A stretch of DNA of 64,000 nt, from NCBI GenBank assembly GCA_041737965.1, contig JBGSQT010000014.1, positions 5,509 through 69,508 of the forward strand, written 5' to 3'. Shown piece by piece: positions 8,121-17,327 of the stretch. This DNA comes from Spirochaetota bacterium (GTDB lineage Bacteria > Spirochaetota > UBA4802 > UBA5550). The notes below the pieces were generated by a model. The model was given only the letters and a program-made list of their open reading frames with translations. It was not told the DNA's origin and did not search any database. How positions within the stretch are numbered: position 1 is the first letter of the stretch; every line of letters starts with the position of its first letter. The position numbers were made by a program, and so were the translations under genes.

Positions 8121-9392
8121 TCAGTATCCCACTTTTACATGGAAATTTAATGAGATGTCCCATTCAGTAAATCCGATGTAAATTTTTGAATCGTGCGATA
8201 CCGCATACACTTCGTCAACGCTTTGCAAGGGATTGAAATTGAGTCCGTTGGTCATTCCGCCGTCGATGAAGAACCAGTACGGCGACCCTTCGTCGCCGCT
8301 GAACAGCGCGCACCGAAGCTGGTTGGGGCCTGTGCCGGTGTATTCCCTCCAGGCGGCCACGAGTCTGCCGTTGACCACCGCCAGCGCGTTCATCCTTGCA
8401 TCACTCATGGTGTTGTTTACCGAGGTGTCGTTCGACCCGAAGTATCTCAAACCGTCTCTTGTCAGCGGGGTTTTACCGTCCATCCTCTGCCAGGCGAGGC
8501 CGTTGTAGCGTATGGCCCAGAGCCCGTCGTGCGGGATAAAGTTATTGTATTCACGCCACAGCATGTACAGGCTGTTGTTGTACGAGGTTATCGTGCAGAG
8601 TTGAGCGAAGTCAGAACTGGTGTTATTTATGGCAATATTCCCGCCGACAGTAACCCAGCCCGCGCCGTTGTAGGCACGAACTCTAAGCACGGTGTGCGGC
8701 GCGGGTGCGCTCACCATGCCGTACGAAGCGAAAAGGAGCCCGTTGTGTATGGTCGCGTGGAGGCCGTAGGAAGTGGCCACCGTATCCTGTATGCCGTTCA
8801 CGTCCTCCACGCCCGCCCCTCCGGTCCAGACGTCGCCGCCGTCGTACCGTTTCATGCGGATAAACCCGGGAGGCGCTTCCTTCCAGAGGGCGTACAGTTT
8901 TCCCGCGTAGGAAACGAGCGTGAGCTGTTCCTGGGGGGTTGCGCCGTAGTCAATGCCCCCGCCGGGGGTGATGTCTTCCCAGCCCGACTGGTCCGATTTC
9001 AGGCGCTGGCACCTCAGATCTCCTGCGGCAAAATAAAGCACATATATCCGCCCGTCATGGATCTCCATGACGCCGTTCGTGTCGCCCGCAAGCCCGAGAT
9101 TCGGCAGGGTCTGCCACATGGGGAAATCGTCATTGCCGTTGAAAATCCGTATATGATACATTCCGTTTTCATGCCAGCCGGAATATAAAACACCTCCGTA
9201 GGATTTCAGCGAAATATAATTGGCGCTTATATTTGTATTTTCATTCAGCGAAAATGAGCCCATCGGGTCCACGCTCCGCCAGACAACCTGCCGTTCGCCC
9301 GAATCGACGCTCTGCCAGTCGGCGAACATGCCGCTGCAGGAGGGGACAAGGGCCGTAAGGAAGAATAGAAGCGCCATGGTGTGTCTTTGCAT
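8121..9392 (-). CDS. Secreted/lipoprotein with repeated beta-propeller-like blades
   Basis: The signal peptide ends in LVPSCSG (lipobox-like). At least six repeats of roughly ...Y.G.LY..W.E......R..RYNG..W... are visible. I chose the ATG at 9392 because GGGGAGA lies 6 nt upstream. Alternative starts are at 9407 and 9377. Confidence 0.6.
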   Translation of the reverse strand: MQRHTMALLFFLTALVPSCSGMFADWQSVDSGERQVVWRSVDPMGSFSLNENTNISANYISLKSYGGVLYSGWHENGMYHIRIFNGNDDFPMWQTLPNLGLAGDTNGVMEIHDGRIYVLYFAAGDLRCQRLKSDQSGWEDITPGGGIDYGATPQEQLTLVSYAGKLYALWKEAPPGFIRMKRYDGGDVWTGGAGVEDVNGIQDTVATSYGLHATIHNGLLFASYGMVSAPAPHTVLRVRAYNGAGWVTVGGNIAINNTSSDFAQLCTITSYNNSLYMLWREYNNFIPHDGLWAIRYNGLAWQRMDGKTPLTRDGLRYFGSNDTSVNNTMSDARMNALAVVNGRLVAAWREYTGTGPNQLRCALFSGDEGSPYWFFIDGGMTNGLNFNPLQSVDEVYAVSHDSKIYIGFTEWDISLNFHVKVGY

Positions 9393-9522
9393 ATGCAATC
9401 TCCCCATAGGATTGATGTGATAAGTGAAGCCCGTTTTCTCCAGCCAACGAGATGAAACGGGCGCGGACCGGGTTCTATCATAGAATCGGATTGCCCGCCA
9501 GTCAATTTATTTTTTTATTTGA

Positions 9523-9903
9523 TCACCCGGCAAAGGCCACCGCCTCAATCTCCACCAGGGCGCCCCTGGGCAATGCCGCGGCCTGGTACGCGGCGCGGGC
9601 CGGATATTCCCCTTCAAAATACCTGGCGTAGGCCTCGTTCACCCCGGCGAAATCGGCCATGTCCGCGAGGAGCAGCGTGGTCTTTACCAGGTCTCTGTAG
9701 CCGAGCCCGGCCGCTTCGAGTATCGCCCCGATGTGCTCCATGGCCTTCGCCGCCTGTTCAGAGGCGGTGGCCCCCTCAAGCTCCATGGTCGCCGGGTCAA
9801 GGGCTATCTGGCCCGATATGAAAAGCAGGCCACCGGCCCTTACCGCCTGTGAATAGGGCCCGATTGCTCCGGGCGCCCTTTCCGTACTGATGATTTTTTT
9901 CAT
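9523..9903 (-). CDS. ridA: RidA/YjgF-family reactive enamine/imine deaminase
   Basis: 126 aa reading MKKIISTERAPGAIGPYSQAVRAGGLLFISGQIALDP...ALVEIEAVA, the classic YjgF/RidA signature. Confidence 0.9.
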   Translation of the reverse strand: MKKIISTERAPGAIGPYSQAVRAGGLLFISGQIALDPATMELEGATASEQAAKAMEHIGAILEAAGLGYRDLVKTTLLLADMADFAGVNEAYARYFEGEYPARAAYQAAALPRGALVEIEAVAFAG

Positions 9904-10232
9904 GTGTTCTCCAGGATTGCCGTGATGCGCCCGTTTGGGGCGCCCCGCGGGGCGGCAGACGTCCGGTTTCCGGCGCCGCGGGTTTGGGATACTGTGCGCC
10001 GCCCGGCGGGGAAAATCAACCAGAATACGGCCCCCGAGGGAGGCATCCCGCCGCTATTCGGCAGAAGCGTTATGCGAAATATAAATCGATCCGGTTCCAT
10101 GCCGCGAAATCGAAAACCGTCCGTGCGGTCCGTTACCGTCCCGCTGTCCCGTACTTTTTTAAAAAAATATTTGCGCGCCGGCAGGCTTTGCGCGATATGG
10201 TCGTCAACTTAATGACATCGGAGGAAGTTGAG

Positions 10233-10304
10233 ATGATCGGCCTTTTCAAGAAAATTCTGGACCTGTATCTCGAAGTGCTCGGCAGGTATCCGGTGCGGTG
10301 GTAG
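10233..10304 (+). CDS. Candidate 23-aa small ORF (MIGLFKKILDLYLEVLGRYPVRW)
   Basis: GGAGGAAG lies 5-6 nt upstream of the ATG. The ORF sits in a 520-bp gap otherwise free of ORFs and is followed by a plus-strand intrinsic terminator. It is below the ORF-track size cutoff and no family is recognised. Confidence 0.25.
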   Translation: MIGLFKKILDLYLEVLGRYPVRW

Positions 10305-10395
10305 CTGACGGCCGCGCCCCGCGTCAGGGGCGCATGCCGAATAGAATAGGATACACGCGGTCCGGCGCTGTGCGCCGCGCCTCCTGAATGCGCTT

Positions 10396-10424
10396 CCGGC
10401 GGGATTTGCCCGCCGGTTTTTTTT
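10396..10424 (+). terminator. Rho-independent terminator (plus strand)
   Basis: The stem is CCGGCGGG (10396-10403) / CCCGCCGG (10409-10416) with loop ATTTG, followed by T8 (10417-10424). Confidence 0.65.
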
Positions 10425-11911
10425 CAGGGCGTGATGCCGCCGAACGTCTTCATCTCCTCGGCCACGGACGGGTCGGACAACTCCCCGCCGGCCCTCAGAA
10501 AATCGATGAATATCAGGAAAAGTATGGGGTCCATGCCCGGATGGGCGGCCTCTATGTATTCCTTTCTCATCGCCCGTACCGCCTCTTCCGGGGTGAAGGG
10601 TTTTGCCCTGTATTTTTTTTCCGGATCTGTCATGGCGTCGTACACGTCGAGGATCTCCATGATCTTGTTGGGGAAATAGGCCAAGGCTTTGCCGTAGCCC
10701 ACGTCGTTGATGCTGTACGAGATGAAGTGCATCAAGGGTGAGTTGTCCCTGGACCTTTCACGGCGCTCGGTGAATTTTTTTCGGAACGTCTCCAACTGGC
10801 GGTACCCGTAGGGGGCGTCATAGTAATCGTGGTGGAGCAGGCCGGTGGAGACCACGCCGAGGCTGAGCTCCCTGGTCTCCAGGAGCATATTGAAGCTGTC
10901 GAAGACGTGGCGCCTCGCCTTTTTCGGGTCGAAAGCCTCGTTGCCGTCGTGATAGCTTATCTCCGGTATCTTGCCGATGTCGTGCATGAAGCCGCCCATT
11001 ACGTAATCGATGAACTTCCACCGCTCCTGCACCGGCGCGATCCCGTCCTTGAACACAATCTCGAGGTTGATCTGCTGGGACCCTTTCAGTATCCTGTCAT
11101 AATACTGGTAAAACGAGTCCTTGAAATGGGCCCTGAATTTTTTCACGTCGTTGGAAAATTTCTGGAAGTATGAATTGTAAAAGAAGAGGAAGGCGATGAA
11201 CCTGATGAGCAGCCTGTTCATGTGGTTCAGAGTTGTGGAGCCGGTCTTTATATGCTCCAGCCGCGCCAGGTCCCTGAAACTGGCCTTCCCCTTTGCCATG
11301 AGCTTGAGAAGATTGTCGATCAGCGCGTGGCTCCCGGTGATGATCTTGTTCATGTTGTCCTGGGGTATCCTGGCGTCCAGGTTTTCCACCATCGTGGCCT
11401 TGTTTATGCAGAGTGTGCTCACGAATATGTCGCTCACCTCGCCGATGGTCCCGGGGTCGAACTTCTGCATCTTCTCGATCATGCCGTTCATGCGGAAATT
11501 GTGATTCATGATCGATTGGATCCGTTCCGTGATATCCAGCTCCGTCGCCTTTTGTATCTCCTTCTGGTAGACCCGGTCAATCTCCGCCGGCCTCGCCGGC
11601 CCGGGCGCCGGCTCCCGGATGATCGTGTGCGTCTCCGCCTGCTCTTTACGCTCCGGTTCCTTGCTCACCAGTTTTATGAATGACGCGTCGTCTATGTAGA
11701 AATCCATTTCCTGATTTTTCAGGAAGATATTGAAATCCTTGGGCGGGATGAAACTGTAGGAGCCGTCTTTTCGTTTTCTCCTCAGCGGTATGTCCAGCTC
11801 CACAATCCTTTCGAGATTCTCGTTCACTTCATTGGTGGCGAGACAGTAATACCCGTCAACGGGCTTTTTTGAGGTGAGTGATTCATTCATGTATCTGTTT
11901 CCACTCTGCAA
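10424..11911 (-). CDS. HD-domain phosphohydrolase, divergent HD-GYP-like
   Basis: 495 aa with GGFMHDIGKIPE (HD motif) and LLHHDYYDAPYGY, which resembles HHExxDGxGYP but is degenerate. The roughly 300-aa N-terminal region is unrecognised. Confidence 0.75.
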   Translation of the reverse strand: MQSGNRYMNESLTSKKPVDGYYCLATNEVNENLERIVELDIPLRRKRKDGSYSFIPPKDFNIFLKNQEMDFYIDDASFIKLVSKEPERKEQAETHTIIREPAPGPARPAEIDRVYQKEIQKATELDITERIQSIMNHNFRMNGMIEKMQKFDPGTIGEVSDIFVSTLCINKATMVENLDARIPQDNMNKIITGSHALIDNLLKLMAKGKASFRDLARLEHIKTGSTTLNHMNRLLIRFIAFLFFYNSYFQKFSNDVKKFRAHFKDSFYQYYDRILKGSQQINLEIVFKDGIAPVQERWKFIDYVMGGFMHDIGKIPEISYHDGNEAFDPKKARRHVFDSFNMLLETRELSLGVVSTGLLHHDYYDAPYGYRQLETFRKKFTERRERSRDNSPLMHFISYSINDVGYGKALAYFPNKIMEILDVYDAMTDPEKKYRAKPFTPEEAVRAMRKEYIEAAHPGMDPILFLIFIDFLRAGGELSDPSVAEEMKTFGGITP

Positions 11912-12315
11912 TTAAAGTACTAAGGTGCGAGTAAAAAGTATAATATAAAATTTGTCAACATTCAATTCTTTTATTGAAGATGGAAGCGGCCCGGCATGCT
12001 ATTATTGAGACCATCCCTTTGTCGCATACTGCTTGTTAGAAGGTAATCCCCTGCGCCGGCGCTCTCTTGGCCGATGCAGCGCAGATTCCGAACGTCTGGA
12101 CCGCTGCGTTATTTTAAGATTCACCGGAAAGTGCAAACATAGAGAGCGCACCGCGGCACTATCAATAAAAGAGTAAAACAGGGGTGGGGGGTATTCATGG
12201 CTCCTATATGGCGTTGCCAGATGCAATGTTTCACCAAGATTCCGCAAAAATCAACAAATAGTACAGATAGATAACCGTTGTTCATAAAAAAAACCGTCCA
12301 GACGGGAAAAAATTC

Positions 12316-12344
12316 TTGAATTTTTTATGCCTCCTATTGATATT
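12316..12344 (+). promoter_or_regulatory. Possible sigma70-type promoter of the lipase gene
   Basis: The pattern is TTGAAT (12316-12321), a 17-nt spacer, then GATATT (12339-12344). It lies about 28 nt upstream of the ATG at 12372 in an AT-rich gap. Confidence 0.3.
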
Positions 12345-12371
12345 TATCTCAGATCAGAACGGAGGATGTTT

Positions 12372-13286
12372 ATGAAGAAAGCATTGATCGTTTCCATGGC
12401 ATTTCTTTTTACCCTTTGTTTTTCACTTCAATCCTTCGCCGGCGGCGGCGACAACAGAACTGTCCTGAAAAACCCTGTCGTGCTCATTCACGGATGGGCC
12501 GGTTCAGACGTCTTTTTACGGGGAATCGAATACTTCTGGGGTATCGAGGACGATCTGGAAAACAATTTCCGGACGAGCTCCCTGGACGACTGCGTGTTTG
12601 TTGCCAACACGGTCAATGCTTTCAATACCGACAGTATCCGCGGCCCCCAGCTTCGCCAGTACGTGCTGAACGTGCTTGCCTGGACCGGGGCCTCCAAAGT
12701 GAACATAATCGGCCACTCAATGGGGGGGACCACCTCCAGGTACATGGTATGGGCGTTTAACGACATGAAAACCCGCGTCGCATCGATAAGCTCGGTGGCG
12801 ACACCCCATCGCGGCACCTCCGCGGCCGACCTGATCATCATGATAGACAACGGCACCATGGGGAGCCTCCAGTGGGTAATGGATAATTTCTGGGGCAAGC
12901 TCGTGAGCGGCGACGAGCGGAGCAGATTCATGGCGGCGACCCGTCAGCTTACCCCCGCCGGGATGGCGTCCTTCAACCAGTTGGTCACCAACGCCACGGG
13001 CGTACGGTATTTCAGCTACGCGGACAAGTACTACGGCGTGTCTCCGGCGCCCTTCAACAACGTGCTCTATCCTTTCTATACCTGGATGAAAGCCAGGGAA
13101 GGGGACAACGACGGCGTCGTTCCCGTATCGAGCATGAGATGGGGCGAGTACCGGGGCTGCAGCACCGGCCTCTTCGGCGTCGACCATGTGATGGTGGTCA
13201 ACCAGCTCTTCGGCGTGACGCCGGGATTCGACGCCAAGGGATTCTATGTGGACATCTGCGAATACCTGGCAGGCCGCGGACTGTAA
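12372..13286 (+). CDS. Secreted triacylglycerol lipase (alpha/beta hydrolase, family I.1/I.2-like)
   Basis: The protein has a signal peptide MKKALIVSMAFLFTLCFSLQSFA, an oxyanion region PVVLIHGWAGS and a nucleophile elbow IIGHSMGG. A late DGVVP and GVDH are consistent with the Asp/His of the triad. GGAGGA lies upstream of the ATG at 12372. Confidence 0.8.
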   Translation: MKKALIVSMAFLFTLCFSLQSFAGGGDNRTVLKNPVVLIHGWAGSDVFLRGIEYFWGIEDDLENNFRTSSLDDCVFVANTVNAFNTDSIRGPQLRQYVLNVLAWTGASKVNIIGHSMGGTTSRYMVWAFNDMKTRVASISSVATPHRGTSAADLIIMIDNGTMGSLQWVMDNFWGKLVSGDERSRFMAATRQLTPAGMASFNQLVTNATGVRYFSYADKYYGVSPAPFNNVLYPFYTWMKAREGDNDGVVPVSSMRWGEYRGCSTGLFGVDHVMVVNQLFGVTPGFDAKGFYVDICEYLAGRGL

Positions 13287-13312
13287 CATATCCTGACAAT
13301 GTGCAATCAAAA

Positions 13313-13348
13313 AAGGGCTTGATGAAAATCAGGCCCTTTTATTTTTTT
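13313..13348 (+). terminator. Rho-independent terminator between lipase and foldase genes
   Basis: The stem is AGGGCTTGAT (13313-13322) / ATCAGGCCCT (13327-13336, one G-U pair) with loop GAAA, followed by TTTATTTTTTTT. Confidence 0.7.
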
Positions 13349-13429
13349 TAAGACCCCGTACTTGATCTTTCCCTCTGGAAAGCGGACGCAACCCGCGGGG
13401 AGGACCTTAATTGAAAAGAGGTTTGCGCG

Positions 13430-14419
13430 ATGAATAGAAAAAGAGCGATACTACTCGGCATCGCCGCGCTGGCCGGCGCCGCGCTGCTCTATTCCTTCAT
13501 GGGGAGGGAGGAGGACGGAGAAGACCGCTACATCATGGAGCGCGGCGAGGTGTCGCTTCGGGACATACGGGCCTCCATGAGGAAAATAGATTTCAACAAC
13601 GGGGACCTCCGGGAATATTTCGGCGGAAGCGTCGTGAATCCCCACACGATCGATTTTTTCAATTCCCTTCAGCGGCGGTTCCCCGACTTCGCCAGCCTTG
13701 ACGATCACTTCAACCAGGTCCGGGACTATCTTTATACCGTGATGTCGCGCCAGGAGGCGGACCGGCTCATGGAGCTGTACCGGTCCTACATAAGATACCA
13801 GAAAAACCTGGCCGAGGACATGCGCACCTGGGAAATGCCTTCCGGCCCAGACGGCGCGGTGGAGTTCCTGAGGAAAGTGCAGGAGTACAGGAGAAATTTT
13901 TTCGGTAAAAGCACGGCGGACACGCTTTTCGGCGCCACAGTGGCGGCCAAGGAGTACTCCATCCGGCGTTATTCCATAGTCAACGACGGAGACGAATACG
14001 GGAGCAAAAAAGAGGAGCGCATCAGAAAACTCAACAGCGGGATGTTCGGGAACGAGGGGGACGAAGTTGAGGCTTCAATGAGCCCCTTTTCCCGATACCA
14101 GGAGAAGCTCCAGCTGTACAAAAAAGATCTCGAGGAGCTCGGCGCCGGGGAAAAAGCGGCAAAGATCGCCGAATTCCGCGCCGGAATCTTCACGCCGGAA
14201 GTGGCGGAACGGTTCGAGAAGGTGGATGCGCAGCTTGAGGAGGAGAAGCGGCAGGAGGACGCATTCCGGTCAGGCGAGGAGAAAATCCTCGGCGACCCGA
14301 ACCTCTCAGGCGGCGAAAAGGAGCGAAAAATCCAGGCACTGCAGGACGATATATTCGGGGGAGACGCGGAGTACTTCCGGAGGCGGGAACAGTTCAGGAA
14401 GACGGTGGTGCCGGAATAA
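13430..14419 (+). CDS. Putative lipase-specific foldase (Lif / lipase chaperone)
   Basis: The protein has an N-terminal membrane anchor (AILLGIAALAGAALLY), is helical and charged throughout, and has segments such as FFGKSTADTLFGATVAAKEYSIRRYSIVND...KKEERIRKL that resemble Lif proteins as I recall them. Its position directly after a family-I lipase supports the call. Confidence 0.55.
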   Translation: MNRKRAILLGIAALAGAALLYSFMGREEDGEDRYIMERGEVSLRDIRASMRKIDFNNGDLREYFGGSVVNPHTIDFFNSLQRRFPDFASLDDHFNQVRDYLYTVMSRQEADRLMELYRSYIRYQKNLAEDMRTWEMPSGPDGAVEFLRKVQEYRRNFFGKSTADTLFGATVAAKEYSIRRYSIVNDGDEYGSKKEERIRKLNSGMFGNEGDEVEASMSPFSRYQEKLQLYKKDLEELGAGEKAAKIAEFRAGIFTPEVAERFEKVDAQLEEEKRQEDAFRSGEEKILGDPNLSGGEKERKIQALQDDIFGGDAEYFRRREQFRKTVVPE

Positions 14420-15383
14420 TCCGCCGCCGGGCGATGAATTCCTCCATGTCGGCAGGAAGCGGCGAACTGCAGATGACCCGCTCCCCCGTCAGGGGGTGGT
14501 CGAAGGCGATGCCAGCCGCGTGAAGGAGGTGCCGGCCGGTTTCGAGCCAGGCAAGCGGCGCCGGGTCCCTCTGCCGGGCCCGCTCCACGAACTCCAGGAA
14601 CTCCCGGTCGCTCCTGCCGTATAATTTGTCCCCCGCCAGGGGGTGGCCCGCGTGCTCGAGATGGACCCTGATCTGGTTGGTGCGGCCTGTTTTCGGTACG
14701 CAGAGGAGGACCGTGGCGCCGTCGAGCCGCTCCATGACCCGGAAAACCGTGGTCGAAGCCCTGGCGCCGGGGTGGTCGTCTGGCACGACGGTTTTGCGAA
14801 TGGAAACGGCGCTCTTTTCATCCCTCGCGATCGCGCCGGTAACGGTATATTCGTCCTTTTCGACCACGCCCCTGGCCACGGCGATATATTCCTTGTCCAC
14901 CGTGCCCGCTTCAAACTGCCGCGTGAGCGCCCTGTGGGCCTCCCTGTTTTTTGAAACGACAATGAGGCCGCTGGTCTCGCGGTCAAGGCGGTTTACCGGA
15001 TTTACCGGTACGGCGGACCCGATCGCCCCCAGCCTTTCCCTTAGTAGATATATGAAGGTGTGCGTGATGAAATTGCCGTCGCTGTGGGTCGGCAGGTTGC
15101 CCGGCTTGTGCGCGACGCAAAAGGTCTCCTCCTCCAGCACCATGACGATGTTGCCGTCCACCTCCGGCTCGTCCAGCGTCACCGTGTATTCAACGCTGTC
15201 CCCTTTGCGAAGAATCAACTCTGGCGCCGCGCCCCGGCCGTTCACCGTCACCGCCTTCTCCAGAACCAGCGATCTCCACGCGCCGGCATCGTGGTAACGG
15301 AACCGGCCGCTCAGGAATTCGAGAAGGCTTTTCCCTTCCTCGAAAGGGCGTATGAGCGACTTGAGCGTCGTTTCGTCTTTCAT
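14394..15383 (-). CDS. RluA-family 23S rRNA/tRNA pseudouridine synthase with S4-like N-terminus
   Basis: The catalytic motif is NRLDRETSGLIVVSKN. KEYIAVARG and GRTNQIRVHL are also conserved. Its 3' end overlaps the convergent foldase gene by 26 nt. Confidence 0.85.
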   Translation of the reverse strand: MKDETTLKSLIRPFEEGKSLLEFLSGRFRYHDAGAWRSLVLEKAVTVNGRGAAPELILRKGDSVEYTVTLDEPEVDGNIVMVLEEETFCVAHKPGNLPTHSDGNFITHTFIYLLRERLGAIGSAVPVNPVNRLDRETSGLIVVSKNREAHRALTRQFEAGTVDKEYIAVARGVVEKDEYTVTGAIARDEKSAVSIRKTVVPDDHPGARASTTVFRVMERLDGATVLLCVPKTGRTNQIRVHLEHAGHPLAGDKLYGRSDREFLEFVERARQRDPAPLAWLETGRHLLHAAGIAFDHPLTGERVICSSPLPADMEEFIARRRIIPAPPSS

Positions 15384-15612
15384 GGCGGCATTGTCGCACC
15401 GGGCGCCGATCCATCAAGACATTTATGCTCGGTACAGAAGCATTGAATAAATTGTATTTATCCTCCCTGATATGGATTGACAATAACCAGCCATGACGGT
15501 ATTTTAGTGTTACACCGGCGGGATGCACTCCGTGTCCCCTGAAATACCGGCCTCTGTTTTCCGGTCCTGCCTTTTGAAAAAGGGACCATTCTGAAGCGCA
15601 TGGCGGGCATCT

Positions 15613-17070
15613 ATGAGCAACAATGTCCTGATTATTGAAAAGAACGCCGCACACGCCGAGAAAATCTCCGATCTTCTCGCAATGCAGGGTTACCGAACAA
15701 ACATCATCATAGACGGGGGGCCGGACGAGGTGATGGAAGCGATATCGGCTGACATCGCCGACATGGTGCTTCTGGACCTCTGGTGGGGCGATGGGTTGTC
15801 CTGTGAAACTGCCCTGACCCTTGCCGAAAGGATCAGGAAGTTGTTCCCCATGCCCATCGTGTTCCTTACCCACTATATCACCCCGGAGATACGGGAGCTG
15901 GCCGACAGGGTGTGTCCGGAATGCTATATCTTCAAGCCCTTCACCGACAGCGAGTTGATTGAAATTTTAAAGAATCTGCGCGTCAAGAGGGCGGTGGCGG
16001 CGGCCGGCGGAGAGGGGCTGAAAAAGGACGTCCTGGCCATCGACAGCGTGGATATATTCCGCGCGGTGTTCAACAAGGCGGGCATCGGAATCGCCCTGGT
16101 GTCCCGCGACGGGAGGATAATCCACGCAAACAGGGCCTTTGAACTATTTCTCGGGTACGGCGCGGGTGAGTTGGCAGGCATGTCCTTCACCGATTTCACT
16201 CATCCGGGGGACGCGGAAAACGACCTGCTCCTGGCCGATGACCTGTGCCGGGGCGTCATGGACTGGTATCAGATCGAAAAAAGGTATATCAAAAAAGACG
16301 GTTCCCGGGTATGGGGGCTGATGACCGCCTCGCTGGTCCAGAACGAACTCAACGATCCGGAGTACTACATAAGGATGGTCGAGGACATCGATGAAAAAAA
16401 GAAGGCCCTCGAATATGTTACCAGTACGCTCCGTGAAAAGGAATCGCTTTTAAAGGAAGTGCATCACAGGGTCAAGAACAACCTTCAGATAATGTCGAGC
16501 CTTATCCATCTGCAGTCCAATGATACCGATGACGAAAGGATCAAGAGTCTTCTTCTTGAATTTCATGATAAAATTCTCGCCATGAAGCTGGTCCACGAAC
16601 GGCTTTACCGGGAAGAAGACCTGGCCTTCATTCATCTAAAGGAATACATCGACACCCTGTCGATGGACCTGCTGGAGCGATACAAGCACCTGAACCGGGG
16701 TGTGCGCATCACGAGTATTATGGAGCAGGACATTCTTGTTGAGATGGAAACCGCGATACCTCTTGGTCTGGCTGTCAACGAGATACTGTCCAATGCGCTT
16801 ATTCACGCCTTTCCGGGCCCCGCCGGCGGCAGAATCTCGATTCGCTGCCGTCTGAACAGATCGGACATGGTCCTCATCATACAGGACGACGGGATCGGAA
16901 CAGACACCGGGAGCATTGACGGAAGAGGCGGGCTCGGACTCAAACTCGTGTCGGTACTCGCACAGCAGTTGAAGGGGTCGATGGACATGCGGCGCGACAG
17001 CGGCACCACGGTCGTCATAACCGTGCCTCTTGATAAGGGGATACGCCGCGCCGGTGGTACACTTTTGTAA
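15613..17070 (+). CDS. Hybrid signalling protein: receiver domain - PAS - HisKA_2/HATPase histidine kinase
   Basis: The receiver has Asp in MVLLDLWW and Lys in IFKPF. The PAS region reads FRAVFNKAGIGIALVSRDGRIIHAN. The H-box EVHHRVKNNLQIMSSLIHLQ is HisKA_2 type. The ATPase G-boxes are DDGIG and GGLGLKLV. Confidence 0.85.
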   Translation: MSNNVLIIEKNAAHAEKISDLLAMQGYRTNIIIDGGPDEVMEAISADIADMVLLDLWWGDGLSCETALTLAERIRKLFPMPIVFLTHYITPEIRELADRVCPECYIFKPFTDSELIEILKNLRVKRAVAAAGGEGLKKDVLAIDSVDIFRAVFNKAGIGIALVSRDGRIIHANRAFELFLGYGAGELAGMSFTDFTHPGDAENDLLLADDLCRGVMDWYQIEKRYIKKDGSRVWGLMTASLVQNELNDPEYYIRMVEDIDEKKKALEYVTSTLREKESLLKEVHHRVKNNLQIMSSLIHLQSNDTDDERIKSLLLEFHDKILAMKLVHERLYREEDLAFIHLKEYIDTLSMDLLERYKHLNRGVRITSIMEQDILVEMETAIPLGLAVNEILSNALIHAFPGPAGGRISIRCRLNRSDMVLIIQDDGIGTDTGSIDGRGGLGLKLVSVLAQQLKGSMDMRRDSGTTVVITVPLDKGIRRAGGTLL

Positions 17071-17327
17071 CTTCGGTGCGTGTGCCCGGACATTTTTGTC
17101 GCCCTGTCGTCATCTCCCGTTGACATATCGCTGATACACATCCCGTCACACTGCCGTGGTCCGGCTGCACCGGTGCTCCCGGCCCTGCTGTTTCGCTCAT
17201 TCCGTTACGATCATGTTAATTATCGCTCTACTGACTTCCCGGCGCATTGCGGCGGCGATTTCGGCACGATACGTGCATTATAAATGGTCAGAGCGAAAAA
17301 AAAACGGCAGAATATTCAAAGGAGGAT

